DNA of 64,000 bases from Bacteroidales bacterium. Lineage in GTDB: Bacteria; Bacteroidota; Bacteroidia; Bacteroidales; Azobacteroidaceae. The stretch is taken from assembly GCA_031553755.1 (NCBI GenBank), contig JAVBKZ010000021.1, positions 28,251 to 92,250 on the forward strand. The letters run 5' to 3'. The position numbers were made by a program, and so were the translations under genes. Below are positions 27,584-35,710 of this stretch, piece by piece; within the stretch, counting starts at the first letter, position 1; every line of letters starts with the position of its first letter. The notes under the pieces were generated by a model. It saw only the letters and a program-made list of their open reading frames with translations. It ran no database searches and was not told the origin of the DNA.

Positions 27584-28771
27584 ATGAAAGCGGATAAAAT
27601 CAACCGGAGAAATTTCCTTCGCCTCTCTGCGGTAGCAGGTGCAGGGGCTTTATTCTTACCTGAAAAGTCGCGTGCTTCAACAACGGAAACACCTGATGTA
27701 AAGCAAAAAATGCCGACTCGGATGTTGGGAAAAACAGGAATTGAACTTCCTATTTTGAGTATGGGAGTGATGCGCGCGGATAATCCGAGCGTATTGCGTG
27801 CCGCCTACAATTCGGGAATTTTTCATTTTGATACGGCTCATGGTTATCAAAAAGGTAAAAATGAAGAATTAGTTGGTACCTTTTTTAAAGATAAACCGAG
27901 GGAAACATATTTTATCGCGACTAAAGTTGAAGCCGGTTATCCTCTCAAAGATAATTTCGAAACAGAAGTGGATGAAAAATTAGATTTGAGCCTAAAACGG
28001 TTACAAATGGGCTATGTCGATGTTTTTTATGCGCATGCTTTAAACAGGCCGGAAGAAGTGGCGGACGAGAGATGGATTGCTGCCTTGAAGAAAATTAAAG
28101 CGGAAGGAAAAGCGCGTTTTATAGGATTCTCTACCCACTCAAATAAAGTGGTTGCCCAAATTGACGCGGCTATCGAAGCCGGTATTTACGATGTTATTCT
28201 TCTCAGTTATAATTTCAAACTGAATGATTTGGAAGAAATAAACGCGGCAATGGAAAGAGGTGTGAAAGCCGGAATCGGATTTGTGGGAATGAAAAGTATG
28301 ACCGGAGGCGTGGAAGATGCCGAAGGAAAAAAAGTCATCAACGCGCGGGCTTGTCTGAAATGGGTTTGGCAAAACGAAAATATTACGACAATCATTCCCG
28401 GATTTTCTAATTACGATCAGTTGGACGAATGTCTCGCGGCGGTCAATAACATGCAATTAAGTACGGAAGAAAAAGAATACATTGCTTGGTTGCAAAAAGA
28501 AGAAATGATGTTCTGTCAACAATGCGAACGATGTGTATCTCAATGCAAATCTCATCTCCCGATTCCGGATATTATGCGAGCTTATATGTACACCTATGGT
28601 TACAAATATCCGGCTTTGTCGAAAGAAACATTAGCGGAATTACAGTTGCCGAAAGATGTATGTGATGGTTGTGAAAGTTGTAAAGTCACTTGTCCATCAG
28701 GGTTCAATGTGGCAGAAAAGATTGCGGCCATCAAACCGGTAATGCAAATTCCGGATGTGTTTTTGGCTTGA
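27584..28771 (+). CDS. Tat-signal aldo/keto reductase with C-terminal Cys-rich (Fe-S type) extension
   Basis: The ORF opens with a TTG at 27566; the ATG at 27584 is preferred. Twin-arginine motif RRNFLRLSAVAGAGA. AKR-like core (FHFDTAHGYQKGKNEELVG, VDVFYAH). C-terminal CQQCERCVSQC and CDGCESCKVTCP cysteine clusters. Confidence 0.7.
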   Translation: MKADKINRRNFLRLSAVAGAGALFLPEKSRASTTETPDVKQKMPTRMLGKTGIELPILSMGVMRADNPSVLRAAYNSGIFHFDTAHGYQKGKNEELVGTFFKDKPRETYFIATKVEAGYPLKDNFETEVDEKLDLSLKRLQMGYVDVFYAHALNRPEEVADERWIAALKKIKAEGKARFIGFSTHSNKVVAQIDAAIEAGIYDVILLSYNFKLNDLEEINAAMERGVKAGIGFVGMKSMTGGVEDAEGKKVINARACLKWVWQNENITTIIPGFSNYDQLDECLAAVNNMQLSTEEKEYIAWLQKEEMMFCQQCERCVSQCKSHLPIPDIMRAYMYTYGYKYPALSKETLAELQLPKDVCDGCESCKVTCPSGFNVAEKIAAIKPVMQIPDVFLA

Positions 28772-28812
28772 TAGTTAAATTAGTTGACGAGTTAACAAGT
28801 TATAAGTCAGCA

Positions 28813-28833
28813 TTAAACGTTAAACGTTAAACA
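28813..28833. repeat. Three tandem 7-nt words TTAAACG TTAAACG TTAAACA
   Basis: Read directly at 28813-28833. Preceded by 8-nt periodic words AGTTAAAT TAGTTGAC GAGTTAAC AAGTTATA. I could not find convincing arm complementarity. Confidence 0.4.
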
Positions 28834-28841
28834 GTACTTAC

Positions 28842-29708
28842 ATGCGTATATTAAAAATTTTAGTATTGTCTTTATTTTGTGGAGTCGCGTTTGCGCAAAC
28901 GCCTCAGGAATTGAAATCTTATTTACCTAAAATCGCGGGTTGGACGATTTCTGATGAGGTGGAAGTTTTTAATCCGCAAAATCTTTTCGAAAGAATCAAT
29001 GGAGCTGCTCCTTTATTTATTGAGAATAATTTCAGGGAAATGACTTCTTTATTTTACGAAAAAGGAGATAATTATATCACACTTCAAATTTATCGTCACG
29101 CGACACCGATAGATGCGTTTGGAATGTATGTTTCCGAACGTTCGGAAGATCTTCCGTTTTATCCTATCGGAGGAGAAGCGCAAGGAGATAATCTCGGATT
29201 GTATTTCTTTGTAGGAAATGTTTATGTGAAAATGTCCGGTACTGACGAATCAGACGAAAGCGGACTTATTATGAGGAAAATCGCCAAAGACTTGGCAGAT
29301 AAAATAGAACCTAATGCAACTTATCCTACAATGTTTTCCAAATTTCCGGAAAAAGAAAAAGTAAAATATTCAGAATTTTATACAACTTCTAATTATATCG
29401 GTCACGATTTCCTGAAAGGCGTTTATTCTTGCGATTATGGAAGTGAAGGCAATATTTATCAGGTATTTATCATAGATTCTAAAACGAAGGAAGATGCGCA
29501 TAACACGCTTATGCAATATGTGAAATTTACCAAACAATCTGCAGATTTTTCAGAGGGGAAATTAATATTGAAAGATAAGTATAATGGAAATGTCTCTTGT
29601 TTTTGGAAAGGACAATATATTATTGGCATTTTTAATGAAACCGGACAAGACGTACACGAAGACGCGTTGTTTGAAGAAATAACGAGACAGTTGACAGTGG
29701 AAAACTGA
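28842..29708 (+). CDS. Secreted hypothetical protein
   Basis: Signal peptide MRILKILVLSLFCGVAFAQ. 288 aa. No motif I can assign. Confidence 0.5.
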   Translation: MRILKILVLSLFCGVAFAQTPQELKSYLPKIAGWTISDEVEVFNPQNLFERINGAAPLFIENNFREMTSLFYEKGDNYITLQIYRHATPIDAFGMYVSERSEDLPFYPIGGEAQGDNLGLYFFVGNVYVKMSGTDESDESGLIMRKIAKDLADKIEPNATYPTMFSKFPEKEKVKYSEFYTTSNYIGHDFLKGVYSCDYGSEGNIYQVFIIDSKTKEDAHNTLMQYVKFTKQSADFSEGKLILKDKYNGNVSCFWKGQYIIGIFNETGQDVHEDALFEEITRQLTVEN

Positions 29709-29779
29709 TAACTGGATAGTTTCTGTTTAGATTCATTGTTAGTTGTCCACTATCAACTGTCCTCTTAATAAATTTACTT

Positions 29780-30526
29780 ATGAAATTTTTAGGAATAATT
29801 CCGGCCCGATATGCATCAACTCGTTTCCCTGGGAAACCATTGGCAGATATGTTAGGAATGCCAATGATACAACGAGTTTACGAACAAGTTGTTGGTGTGT
29901 TGGACGATGTTTGTGTTGCGACAGACGACCAACGTATCTTCGATGCGGTCGTTGCTTTTGGAGGAAAGGTAGTGATGACATCCGACCAACACCAAAGCGG
30001 TACAGACCGTTGTTATGAAGCCTTGACTAAAATCGGAGGAAACTTCGATGTCGTTGTCAACATACAAGGAGATGAGCCGTTTATTAAACCGGCTCAAATC
30101 AATTTATTACAATCTTGTTTTGAAGATGAAAAAACACAGATAGCTACACTTGTCAAGCCATTTCCTGAAAATTCGGAATTTGAAATTTTGTCTAACCCGA
30201 ATACGCCCAAAGTTGTTTTAAATAATAACATGCAAGCGATGTATTTCAGTCGTTCCGTCATTCCATTTTTCAGGGGAAAAGATAATAAAGAGTGGGCAAA
30301 AAATCATATTTATTATAAACATATAGGTTTATACGCTTATAAATCAGATGTTTTGAAAAAAATAACAAATTTGCCTCAATCGGGTTTGGAAAAAACCGAA
30401 TCGTTGGAGCAATTGCGTTGGTTGGAGAATGGATACACCATCAAAGTAGCCATAACTCACGAAGAAACAATAGGCATAGACACTCCCGAAGATTTGATTT
30501 CGGCAATCAATAAAATCAGAAAATAA
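29780..30526 (+). CDS. kdsB: 3-deoxy-manno-octulosonate cytidylyltransferase (CMP-KDO synthetase)
   Basis: MKFLGIIPARYASTRFPGKPLADM N-terminus, SGTDRCYEA, NIQGDEPF and HIGLYAY motifs. 248 aa. Confidence 0.9.
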   Translation: MKFLGIIPARYASTRFPGKPLADMLGMPMIQRVYEQVVGVLDDVCVATDDQRIFDAVVAFGGKVVMTSDQHQSGTDRCYEALTKIGGNFDVVVNIQGDEPFIKPAQINLLQSCFEDEKTQIATLVKPFPENSEFEILSNPNTPKVVLNNNMQAMYFSRSVIPFFRGKDNKEWAKNHIYYKHIGLYAYKSDVLKKITNLPQSGLEKTESLEQLRWLENGYTIKVAITHEETIGIDTPEDLISAINKIRK

Positions 30527-30529
30527 CAT

Positions 30530-30537
30530 TATATTTG
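30530..30537 (+). promoter_or_regulatory. Candidate -7 box (TATATTTG) for the saccharopine-dehydrogenase-family/bcp/recA gene string
   Basis: Exact match to TAnnTTTG, 4 nt after the kdsB stop. No clear -33 TTTG at the expected distance. Confidence 0.4.
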
Positions 30538-30554
30538 CAAATAATTTAAACCAT

Positions 30555-30587
30555 GGTCAACAGTCTTCGGTCAACAGACTATTGACA
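30555..30587 (+). other. Leader hairpin containing the direct repeat GGTCAACAG
   Basis: GGTCAACAG occurs at 30555-30563 and 30569-30577. GTCAACAGTCT (30556-30566) pairs with AGACTATTGAC (30576-30586), 10 of 11 positions, with a 9-nt loop. It lies between the -7 box and the ATG at 30618. Confidence 0.45.
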
Positions 30588-30617
30588 GTCGGCTGTAGAC
30601 AAGAAATTAATATAAAA

Positions 30618-31826
30618 ATGTCAAAAGTACTTATTATTGGCGCCGGTGGCGTTGGAACGGTAGTGGCTCACAAAGTAGCTCAAAATCATGATGTATTTAC
30701 AGATATTATGTTGGCAAGTCGTACTCTTCCCAAATGTGACGCGATTGCTGACGCAATAGGCACTAAGTACGGAAATAAGAAAATACAAACGGTTAAGGTT
30801 GATGCCGATAATGTTCCTGAATTAGTCGCATTATTAAAGCAATTTCAACCTGAACTTGTAATCAATGTGGCGCTTCCATATCAGGATTTAACCATCATGG
30901 ACGCTTGTTTGGAAGCCGGGGTGAATTATCTTGATACAGCCAATTATGAACCATTGGATGAAGCTAAGTTCGAATATAAATGGCAATGGGCTTATCAGGA
31001 AAAATTCAAAGCTGCCGGATTAACAGCCATTTTAGGTTGTGGATTTGATCCGGGAGTAAGCGGAATTTATACAGCTTATGCAGCGAAACATTATTTTAGC
31101 GAAATGCAATATTTAGATATAGTTGACTGCAATGCCGGAGACCACGGTAAAGCGTTTGCTACTAACTTCAATCCTGAAATCAATATTCGTGAAGTTACTC
31201 AAAAAGGAAAATATTGGGAAAACGGACAATGGGTTCTTACGGAACCACACGAAATTCACAAACCATTGAATTATCCGAATATCGGACCTAAAGAATCGTA
31301 TGTTATTTATCATGAAGAATTGGAATCTTTGGTAAAAAACTATCCGACTTTAAAACGGGCTCGTTTTTGGATGACTTTCGGACAAGAATATTTAACGCAC
31401 TTGCGCGTGATTCAAAACATCGGAATGGCCCGCATCGATTCGGTCATGTATAACGGAGTAGAAATCGTTCCTATTCAATTCTTGAAAGCAGTATTGCCAA
31501 ATCCCGGTGATTTGGGCGAAAATTATACCGGAGAAACTTCCATTGGTTGTCGTATCAAGGGATTAGACAAGAATGGAAAAGAAACTACATATTACGTTTA
31601 CAATAACTGTCAACACGAAGAAGCGTACAAAGAAACCGGATCACAAGGAGTTAGCTACACAACCGGAGTTCCGGCAATGATTGGAGCCATGATGTTTGTA
31701 AAAGGATTGTGGAAAAAACCGGGAGTTTTCAATGTGGAAGAGTTTGATCCGGATCCGTTTATGGAACAACTCAACAAACAAGGTTTACCCTGGCACGAAG
31801 TTTTTAATGAAGATTTGGAAGTTTAA
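30618..31826 (+). CDS. Saccharopine dehydrogenase-family protein, likely carboxy(nor)spermidine dehydrogenase
   Basis: The ORF opens with a TTG at 30582; the ATG at 30618 gives the Rossmann N-terminus MSKVLIIGAGGVGTVVAHKVAQ. About 400 aa, typical of this family. Confidence 0.7.
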   Translation: MSKVLIIGAGGVGTVVAHKVAQNHDVFTDIMLASRTLPKCDAIADAIGTKYGNKKIQTVKVDADNVPELVALLKQFQPELVINVALPYQDLTIMDACLEAGVNYLDTANYEPLDEAKFEYKWQWAYQEKFKAAGLTAILGCGFDPGVSGIYTAYAAKHYFSEMQYLDIVDCNAGDHGKAFATNFNPEINIREVTQKGKYWENGQWVLTEPHEIHKPLNYPNIGPKESYVIYHEELESLVKNYPTLKRARFWMTFGQEYLTHLRVIQNIGMARIDSVMYNGVEIVPIQFLKAVLPNPGDLGENYTGETSIGCRIKGLDKNGKETTYYVYNNCQHEEAYKETGSQGVSYTTGVPAMIGAMMFVKGLWKKPGVFNVEEFDPDPFMEQLNKQGLPWHEVFNEDLEV

Positions 31827-31843
31827 CTAAAAATATAATCAGG

Positions 31844-32086
31844 ATGGAATTCTTATTCTTTTTATTGATTGGAGCCATTTCAGGATGGTTAGCCGGACAG
31901 TTATTCAAAGGTTCCGGATTTGGTTTGCTTGGCAATATTGTTGTCGGAGTAGTTGGAAGTATAGTCGGTGGTTGGCTTGCCGGTAAATTAAAAATTGGAG
32001 GCGATGGTTTATTGTGGCAGATTGTGATTGCGGTAGCCGGAGCTTGGGTAATTTTATTTATCGTAGGCATATTTAAAAAGAAGTAA
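31844..32086 (+). CDS. GlsB/YeaQ/YmgE-family small membrane stress protein
   Basis: 80 aa, Gly-rich TM segments. GAISGWLAGQLFKGSGFGLLGNIVVGVVGSIVGGWLAG is typical of the family. Confidence 0.75.
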   Translation: MEFLFFLLIGAISGWLAGQLFKGSGFGLLGNIVVGVVGSIVGGWLAGKLKIGGDGLLWQIVIAVAGAWVILFIVGIFKKK

Positions 32087-32115
32087 AAATAGAATTCATC
32101 CCGACTGTTTTTATT

Positions 32116-32210
32116 GAACACTGGGTATAAGGAGTTTATTTCACTATTGACTCATCACTTGATGTCAGAATTCCATTCTGTGAATAGTTACTCCGTGTAA
32201 CCCAGTGCTT
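32116..32210. repeat. Intergenic word-periodic hairpin element (CACTGGGT/AAGGAGT vs ACTCCGTG/ACCCAGTG)
   Basis: GAACACTGGGTATAAGGAGTTTATTTCAC (32116-32144) pairs imperfectly with CTGTGAATAGTTACTCCGTGTAACCCAGTGCTT (32178-32210). Shares the (C)ACGGAGT word with the elements at 9687 and 11871. Confidence 0.6.
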
Positions 32211-32265
32211 AAAGTCTATTGAGAATGTTTATCTAATTTTTGGGTTGTAAAAAAGTATTATAAAA

Positions 32266-32718
32266 ATGAATATAGGAGATAAAATTCCCGAAATATTAGG
32301 GAAAGATCAAAACGGAAACGAAATCAAAGCCTCTGATTATAAAGGGAAAAAATTGGTGCTTTATTTTTATCCCAAAGACAATACTTCTGGATGTACCGCC
32401 GAAGCATGTAGTTTGCGCGATGGTTATGCTGAATTGCGCAAAGCCGGGTATGAAATTTTAGGCGTAAGCGTAGACGATGAAAAGTCTCACAGGAAATTTA
32501 TAGAAAAACAAAATTTACCTTTTAACCTGATTGCGGATACAGAAAAAAGTTTAGTTGAAAAATTCGGAGTTTGGGGAGAAAAAAGTATGTATGGTCGCAA
32601 ATATATGGGAACATTCAGAACTACATTTTTGATAAATGAAAATGGAATTATAGAAAAAATTATCGAACCAAAACAAATAAAAACCGGCGATCATGCCAAT
32701 CAAATATTAAATCATTAA
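32266..32718 (+). CDS. bcp: Thioredoxin-dependent thiol peroxidase (bacterioferritin comigratory protein, peroxiredoxin)
   Basis: 150 aa. LVLYFYPKDNTSGCTAEAC active-site region, GVSVDDEKSHRKF. Confidence 0.85.
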   Translation: MNIGDKIPEILGKDQNGNEIKASDYKGKKLVLYFYPKDNTSGCTAEACSLRDGYAELRKAGYEILGVSVDDEKSHRKFIEKQNLPFNLIADTEKSLVEKFGVWGEKSMYGRKYMGTFRTTFLINENGIIEKIIEPKQIKTGDHANQILNH

Positions 32719-32724
32719 ATAAAT

Positions 32725-33762
32725 ATGTCAGAAAAAAAAGAAAACGCGGAAATCAATTTTAATAAACAGATTCCCAACGCGGAAAAACTGAAAGCCTTGC
32801 GCAATGCGATGGATAAAATTGAAAAAAATTTCGGAAAAGGTTCTATCATGAAAATGGGAGATAGTGTTGTAGAAGAAATCGCGGTTATCCCCACCGGTTC
32901 GATTGGCTTGAATTCGGCTTTAGGAGTAGGAGGTTATCCTCGAGGAAGAGTCATTGAAATCTATGGTCCGGAATCTTCAGGAAAAACAACTTTAGCGATT
33001 CATGCGATTGCTGAAGCCCAAAAAGCCGGAGGTATTGCCGCTTTTATAGATGCTGAACATGCTTTCGACCGTTTCTATGCCGAAAAATTAGGTGTAGATA
33101 TTGAAAATCTTTGGATTTCCCAACCTGATTCAGGAGAACAAGCTTTGGAAATTGCGGAACAATTGATTCGTTCTTCGGCTGTTGATATTGTAGTAATCGA
33201 TTCAGTCGCCGCATTAACTCCCAAAGCCGAATTAGAAGGAGAAATGGGCGAATCTAAAATGGGATTACAAGCCCGTTTGATGTCGCAAGCGCTGAGAAAA
33301 TTGACAGCGGCAATCAGCAAAACAAATACGACTTGTGTTTTCATTAATCAATTACGTGATAAGATCGGAGTGTCATTTGGAAATCCCGAAACAACTACCG
33401 GAGGTAACGCGCTCAAATTCTACGCGTCTGTCCGTTTGGATATCAGAAAAGCTACGGCGATCAAAGACGGAGAAGATGTGAAAGGAAATGTAACCCGTGT
33501 GAAAGTAATTAAAAACAAGGTTGCTCCTCCTTTCAAAAAAGCGGAATTCGATATTATGTTCGGAGAAGGAATTTCTAAAGTAGGAGAAATCATTGATTTG
33601 GGAGTGGAACACAATATCATCAAAAAAAGCGGTTCTTGGTATAGTTATGAAGATACTAAATTAGGACAAGGACGCGAAGCTGCCAAAGATTGTCTGAGAG
33701 ATAATCCCGAATTGGCCGAAAAATTAGAGCGACTTTTAGCGGAAGCGTTGGCGAAAAAATAA
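32725..33762 (+). CDS. recA: Recombinase RecA
   Basis: Walker [28 protein letters not shown] and [11 protein letters not shown] motifs. 345 aa. Confidence 0.97.
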   Translation: MSEKKENAEINFNKQIPNAEKLKALRNAMDKIEKNFGKGSIMKMGDSVVEEIAVIPTGSIGLNSALGVGGYPRGRVIEIYGPESSGKTTLAIHAIAEAQKAGGIAAFIDAEHAFDRFYAEKLGVDIENLWISQPDSGEQALEIAEQLIRSSAVDIVVIDSVAALTPKAELEGEMGESKMGLQARLMSQALRKLTAAISKTNTTCVFINQLRDKIGVSFGNPETTTGGNALKFYASVRLDIRKATAIKDGEDVKGNVTRVKVIKNKVAPPFKKAEFDIMFGEGISKVGEIIDLGVEHNIIKKSGSWYSYEDTKLGQGREAAKDCLRDNPELAEKLERLLAEALAKK

Positions 33763-33800
33763 TCAATAAATTTATTGAAATAGAACACAATTAAGAAACA

Positions 33801-33918
33801 GTCTAAAAAGTCATATTTGAATGTTTGTCATTGCGGACTTGATCCGCAATCTCTTGAAAATCAACAATGATTCATTTGAAGATCCCGCGTCAAGCGCGGG
33901 ATGACAGGCTTTTTAGAC
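33801..33918. terminator. Compound palindromic element between convergent recA and mltG (probable bidirectional terminator or repeat)
   Basis: Outer GTCTAAAAAG (33801-33810) is the perfect complement of CTTTTTAGAC (33909-33918). Inner hairpins are ATTGCGGA-cttga-TCCGCAAT (33830-33850) and ATCCCGCG-tcaag-CGCGGGAT (33882-33902). Confidence 0.6.
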
Positions 33919-33957
33919 AGCCTCATTGGAACTGTATAATACGTTTTTTTGATTTAT

Positions 33958-34989
33958 TCATCTGATACCATTCCTATTCAAAGCATTCCTGTATTTTTCT
34001 GCGTTTCGACAATGTTCCGACCAAGTTGACGCAAAATTATGTTTTCCTGAGAAATCTTCTTTTGCGCACATATAAAGATAGTTATGGTGCGCGTAATTCA
34101 AAACGCCATCTATGCCTTTAATAGATGGAATCCGTATTGGTCCCGGAGGCAATCCCTGATATTTATATGTATTGTATGGCGAATCTTCAGAAAGATGAAC
34201 ATTCAATACCCTTTTGATGGAAAAATCACCCACCGCAAATTTTACGGTAGGATCGGCTTGAAGCAACATTCCCTGTTCCAATCTGTTGATATATAGTCCG
34301 GCAACAACCGGATATTCGCTTCCGGATGCCGTTTCTTCCTCCACGATAGACGCTAAAATAGAAACTTGTATTGGTGATAAAGGGATTGATTGAGCTTTTT
34401 GCAATCGTTCCGGAGTCCAAAAACGATCATATTCTTTTTTCATTTTATCCATGAAACTTTTAATCGGAACATTCCAATACATTTCATAAGTATTTGGAAT
34501 AAATAAGCAAAGAATCGTATTGGTGTCAAAATTCAATTGGCTACAAGAAATCGAGTCGTTCAGTTGTTGTAATAATTCCCCTTCACCAAACATCAATTGA
34601 TTTCCGATGCGTTTTGCAAAATCTTCCTTTAACCGGATATTATTGAATGTTATCCTGCAAGGAGTTTGCCGTCCGTTTACTAAAACCTGTAATAAATCCT
34701 TACAATTCATTCCCGGATTGACTGCATAACGTCCGGTTTTCATTTTTTGAGGATATTTTAACGTAGAAGCCAATTGTTTGAAAGTGCCTATATCTTTCAT
34801 TTTGGCCGTTGTTTCTAATTGAAACAATAAGTCATTAAAATCTTTACGTTCATCGATATATACATAAACAGTATTGTCTATATTAAAAAAAGAAGAAAAT
34901 AATTTATTATAGATAATTCCTCCTGCTATAAAGATGATTATCAATAAGGAAATAATGATTCCAAGAGTTTTTTTACCCGATTTATTCAT
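33958..34989 (-). CDS. mltG: Endolytic murein transglycosylase MltG (YceG-like)
   Basis: N-terminal TM anchor (LGIIISLLIIIFIAGGII). YceG-like motifs (ILASIVEEETA, LQADPTV, SPYNTYKYQGLPPGPI). Confidence 0.85.
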   Translation of the reverse strand: MNKSGKKTLGIIISLLIIIFIAGGIIYNKLFSSFFNIDNTVYVYIDERKDFNDLLFQLETTAKMKDIGTFKQLASTLKYPQKMKTGRYAVNPGMNCKDLLQVLVNGRQTPCRITFNNIRLKEDFAKRIGNQLMFGEGELLQQLNDSISCSQLNFDTNTILCLFIPNTYEMYWNVPIKSFMDKMKKEYDRFWTPERLQKAQSIPLSPIQVSILASIVEEETASGSEYPVVAGLYINRLEQGMLLQADPTVKFAVGDFSIKRVLNVHLSEDSPYNTYKYQGLPPGPIRIPSIKGIDGVLNYAHHNYLYMCAKEDFSGKHNFASTWSEHCRNAEKYRNALNRNGIR

Positions 34990-35069
34990 TCTAAAATTTT
35001 TGAATCAGTATGATTATAGTGCAAAGTTACAATTCTAAACATTATCTATTGAAAATAGTAGGCAAAAAC

Positions 35070-35100
35070 TTTGAAAAGTTTAAAGATTCTTTTATCTTTG
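35070..35100 (+). promoter_or_regulatory. Bacteroidetes sigma-A promoter of tRNA-Ser
   Basis: -33 TTTG (35070-35073), 19 nt spacer, -7 TATCTTTG (35093-35100) matching TAnnTTTG. The tRNA starts about 33 nt downstream. Confidence 0.7.
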
Positions 35101-35132
35101 CACCGCTGTTTACAAAAACAGAGAAAAGTATT

Positions 35133-35219
35133 GGAAGTGTGGGTGAGTGGCTGAAACCACCAGTTTGCTAAACTGACGTACGGGTAACTGTACCGGGGGT
35201 TCGAATCCCCCCGCTTCCG
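35133..35219 (+). tRNA. tRNA-Ser (anticodon GCU), type II with long variable arm
   Basis: Acceptor GGAAGTG/CGCTTCC (one G-U pair). Anticodon loop TTGCTAA. Long variable arm GTAC-gggtaact-GTAC. T-arm GGGGG-TTCGAAT-CCCCC. Discriminator G. CCA not encoded. Confidence 0.9.
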
Positions 35220-35231
35220 CAAATCAAGAGA

Positions 35232-35266
35232 AATCCTGCAAATTTAAAATTTGTGGGATTTTTTGG
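35232..35266 (+). terminator. Intrinsic terminator after tRNA-Ser
   Basis: AATCCTGCAAAT (35232-35243) pairs with ATTTGTGGGATT (35249-35260), 12 bp including 2 G-U pairs, followed by TTTTGG. Confidence 0.7.
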
Positions 35267-35518
35267 TTTAAAAAAGGTTTGATGAGCCAAATTCTGTTAT
35301 TAAAAATTTCCCAATAAGACTTTTCTATTTCCCAAAATTTGATTCCCTTTTATGAATTTTGAAAAAAACGAATCATTTTACACATCTGGCAATATAATTT
35401 ACATGTTGATTCTTTTTTCCTACACAATCTAAATTTATGTCGATTTTTATACTCTTTTCTGAATAATATTCGTTATTGGTGCCTGATTACAATATTCATT
35501 GGGTCGTTTAATCTGTAA

Positions 35519-35537
35519 TTAACCCATTAATTAACCC
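35519..35537 (+). promoter_or_regulatory. Heptamer direct repeat TTAACCC-ATTAA-TTAACCC (candidate activator operator)
   Basis: Two exact TTAACCC heptamers whose starts are 12 nt apart. The repeat ends 22 nt upstream of the -7-like box AAAATTTG (35560-35567). The same 19-mer, with one spacer change, occurs at 58699-58717. Confidence 0.6.
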
Positions 35538-35634
35538 TATTGAAGTTATAATTGAACAGAAAATTTGTATTGAATTAATAATATTCATAAAGGTTGTAAC
35601 CTTAATGGTAATTTTTTATTGTCATTTTTACAGA

Positions 35635-35651
35635 GTTAACATAAGGGTTAA
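35635..35651 (-). promoter_or_regulatory. Inverted, partially conserved third copy of the TTAACCC-N5-TTAAC motif
   Basis: The reverse complement of 35635-35651 reads TTAACCC-TTATG-TTAAC, with the same 12-nt register. It lies 60-76 nt upstream of the ATG at 35711. Confidence 0.4.
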
Positions 35652-35710
35652 ATCTGATATAATTGTCAATTGATTAAAAAAATAATGAATAATCTAAATA
35701 ATAAAATATC

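Noticed and set aside
28780-28833. Short tandem words (8-nt period AGTTAAAT.., then three TTAAACG), and the other word arrays, considered as a possible CRISPR-like or satellite array.
   Set aside because: The units are 7-9 nt with no spacers of unique sequence and only 3-4 copies. This is far from CRISPR repeat-spacer geometry, and there are no cas genes in the window.
31804-32121. 105-aa minus-strand ORF with a proline-rich stretch, antisense to the glsB/yeaQ-like gene.
   Set aside because: The plus-strand 80-aa ORF has the characteristic Gly-rich GlsB/YeaQ/YmgE sequence. The antisense Pro-rich reading is simply the complement of the Gly codons.
35352-35432. 26-codon small ORF (MNFEKNESFYTSGNIIYMLILFSYTI) with a hydrophobic tail in the long intergenic region.
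   Set aside because: It is short, lies in AT-rich DNA where such ORFs arise by chance, has no promoter or conservation evidence available, and lies upstream of the candidate operator.
35519-35651. The forward and inverted motif copies bracketing the putative promoter, considered as a Bacteroides-type invertible promoter (phase-variation shufflon).
   Set aside because: The inverted repeats are short and imperfect, the enclosed segment is only about 95 bp, and no site-specific recombinase gene is nearby. A regulator-binding interpretation fits better. Inversion is kept only as something to exclude by PCR.
35133-35710. tRNA-Ser followed by a 488-bp non-coding region and a large accessory-looking cluster, considered as a genomic island integrated at the tRNA.
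   Set aside because: No integrase or recombinase gene is present, and I could not spot a direct repeat of the tRNA 3' end further downstream in the window. The evidence is insufficient. It could be re-examined with whole-genome comparison.
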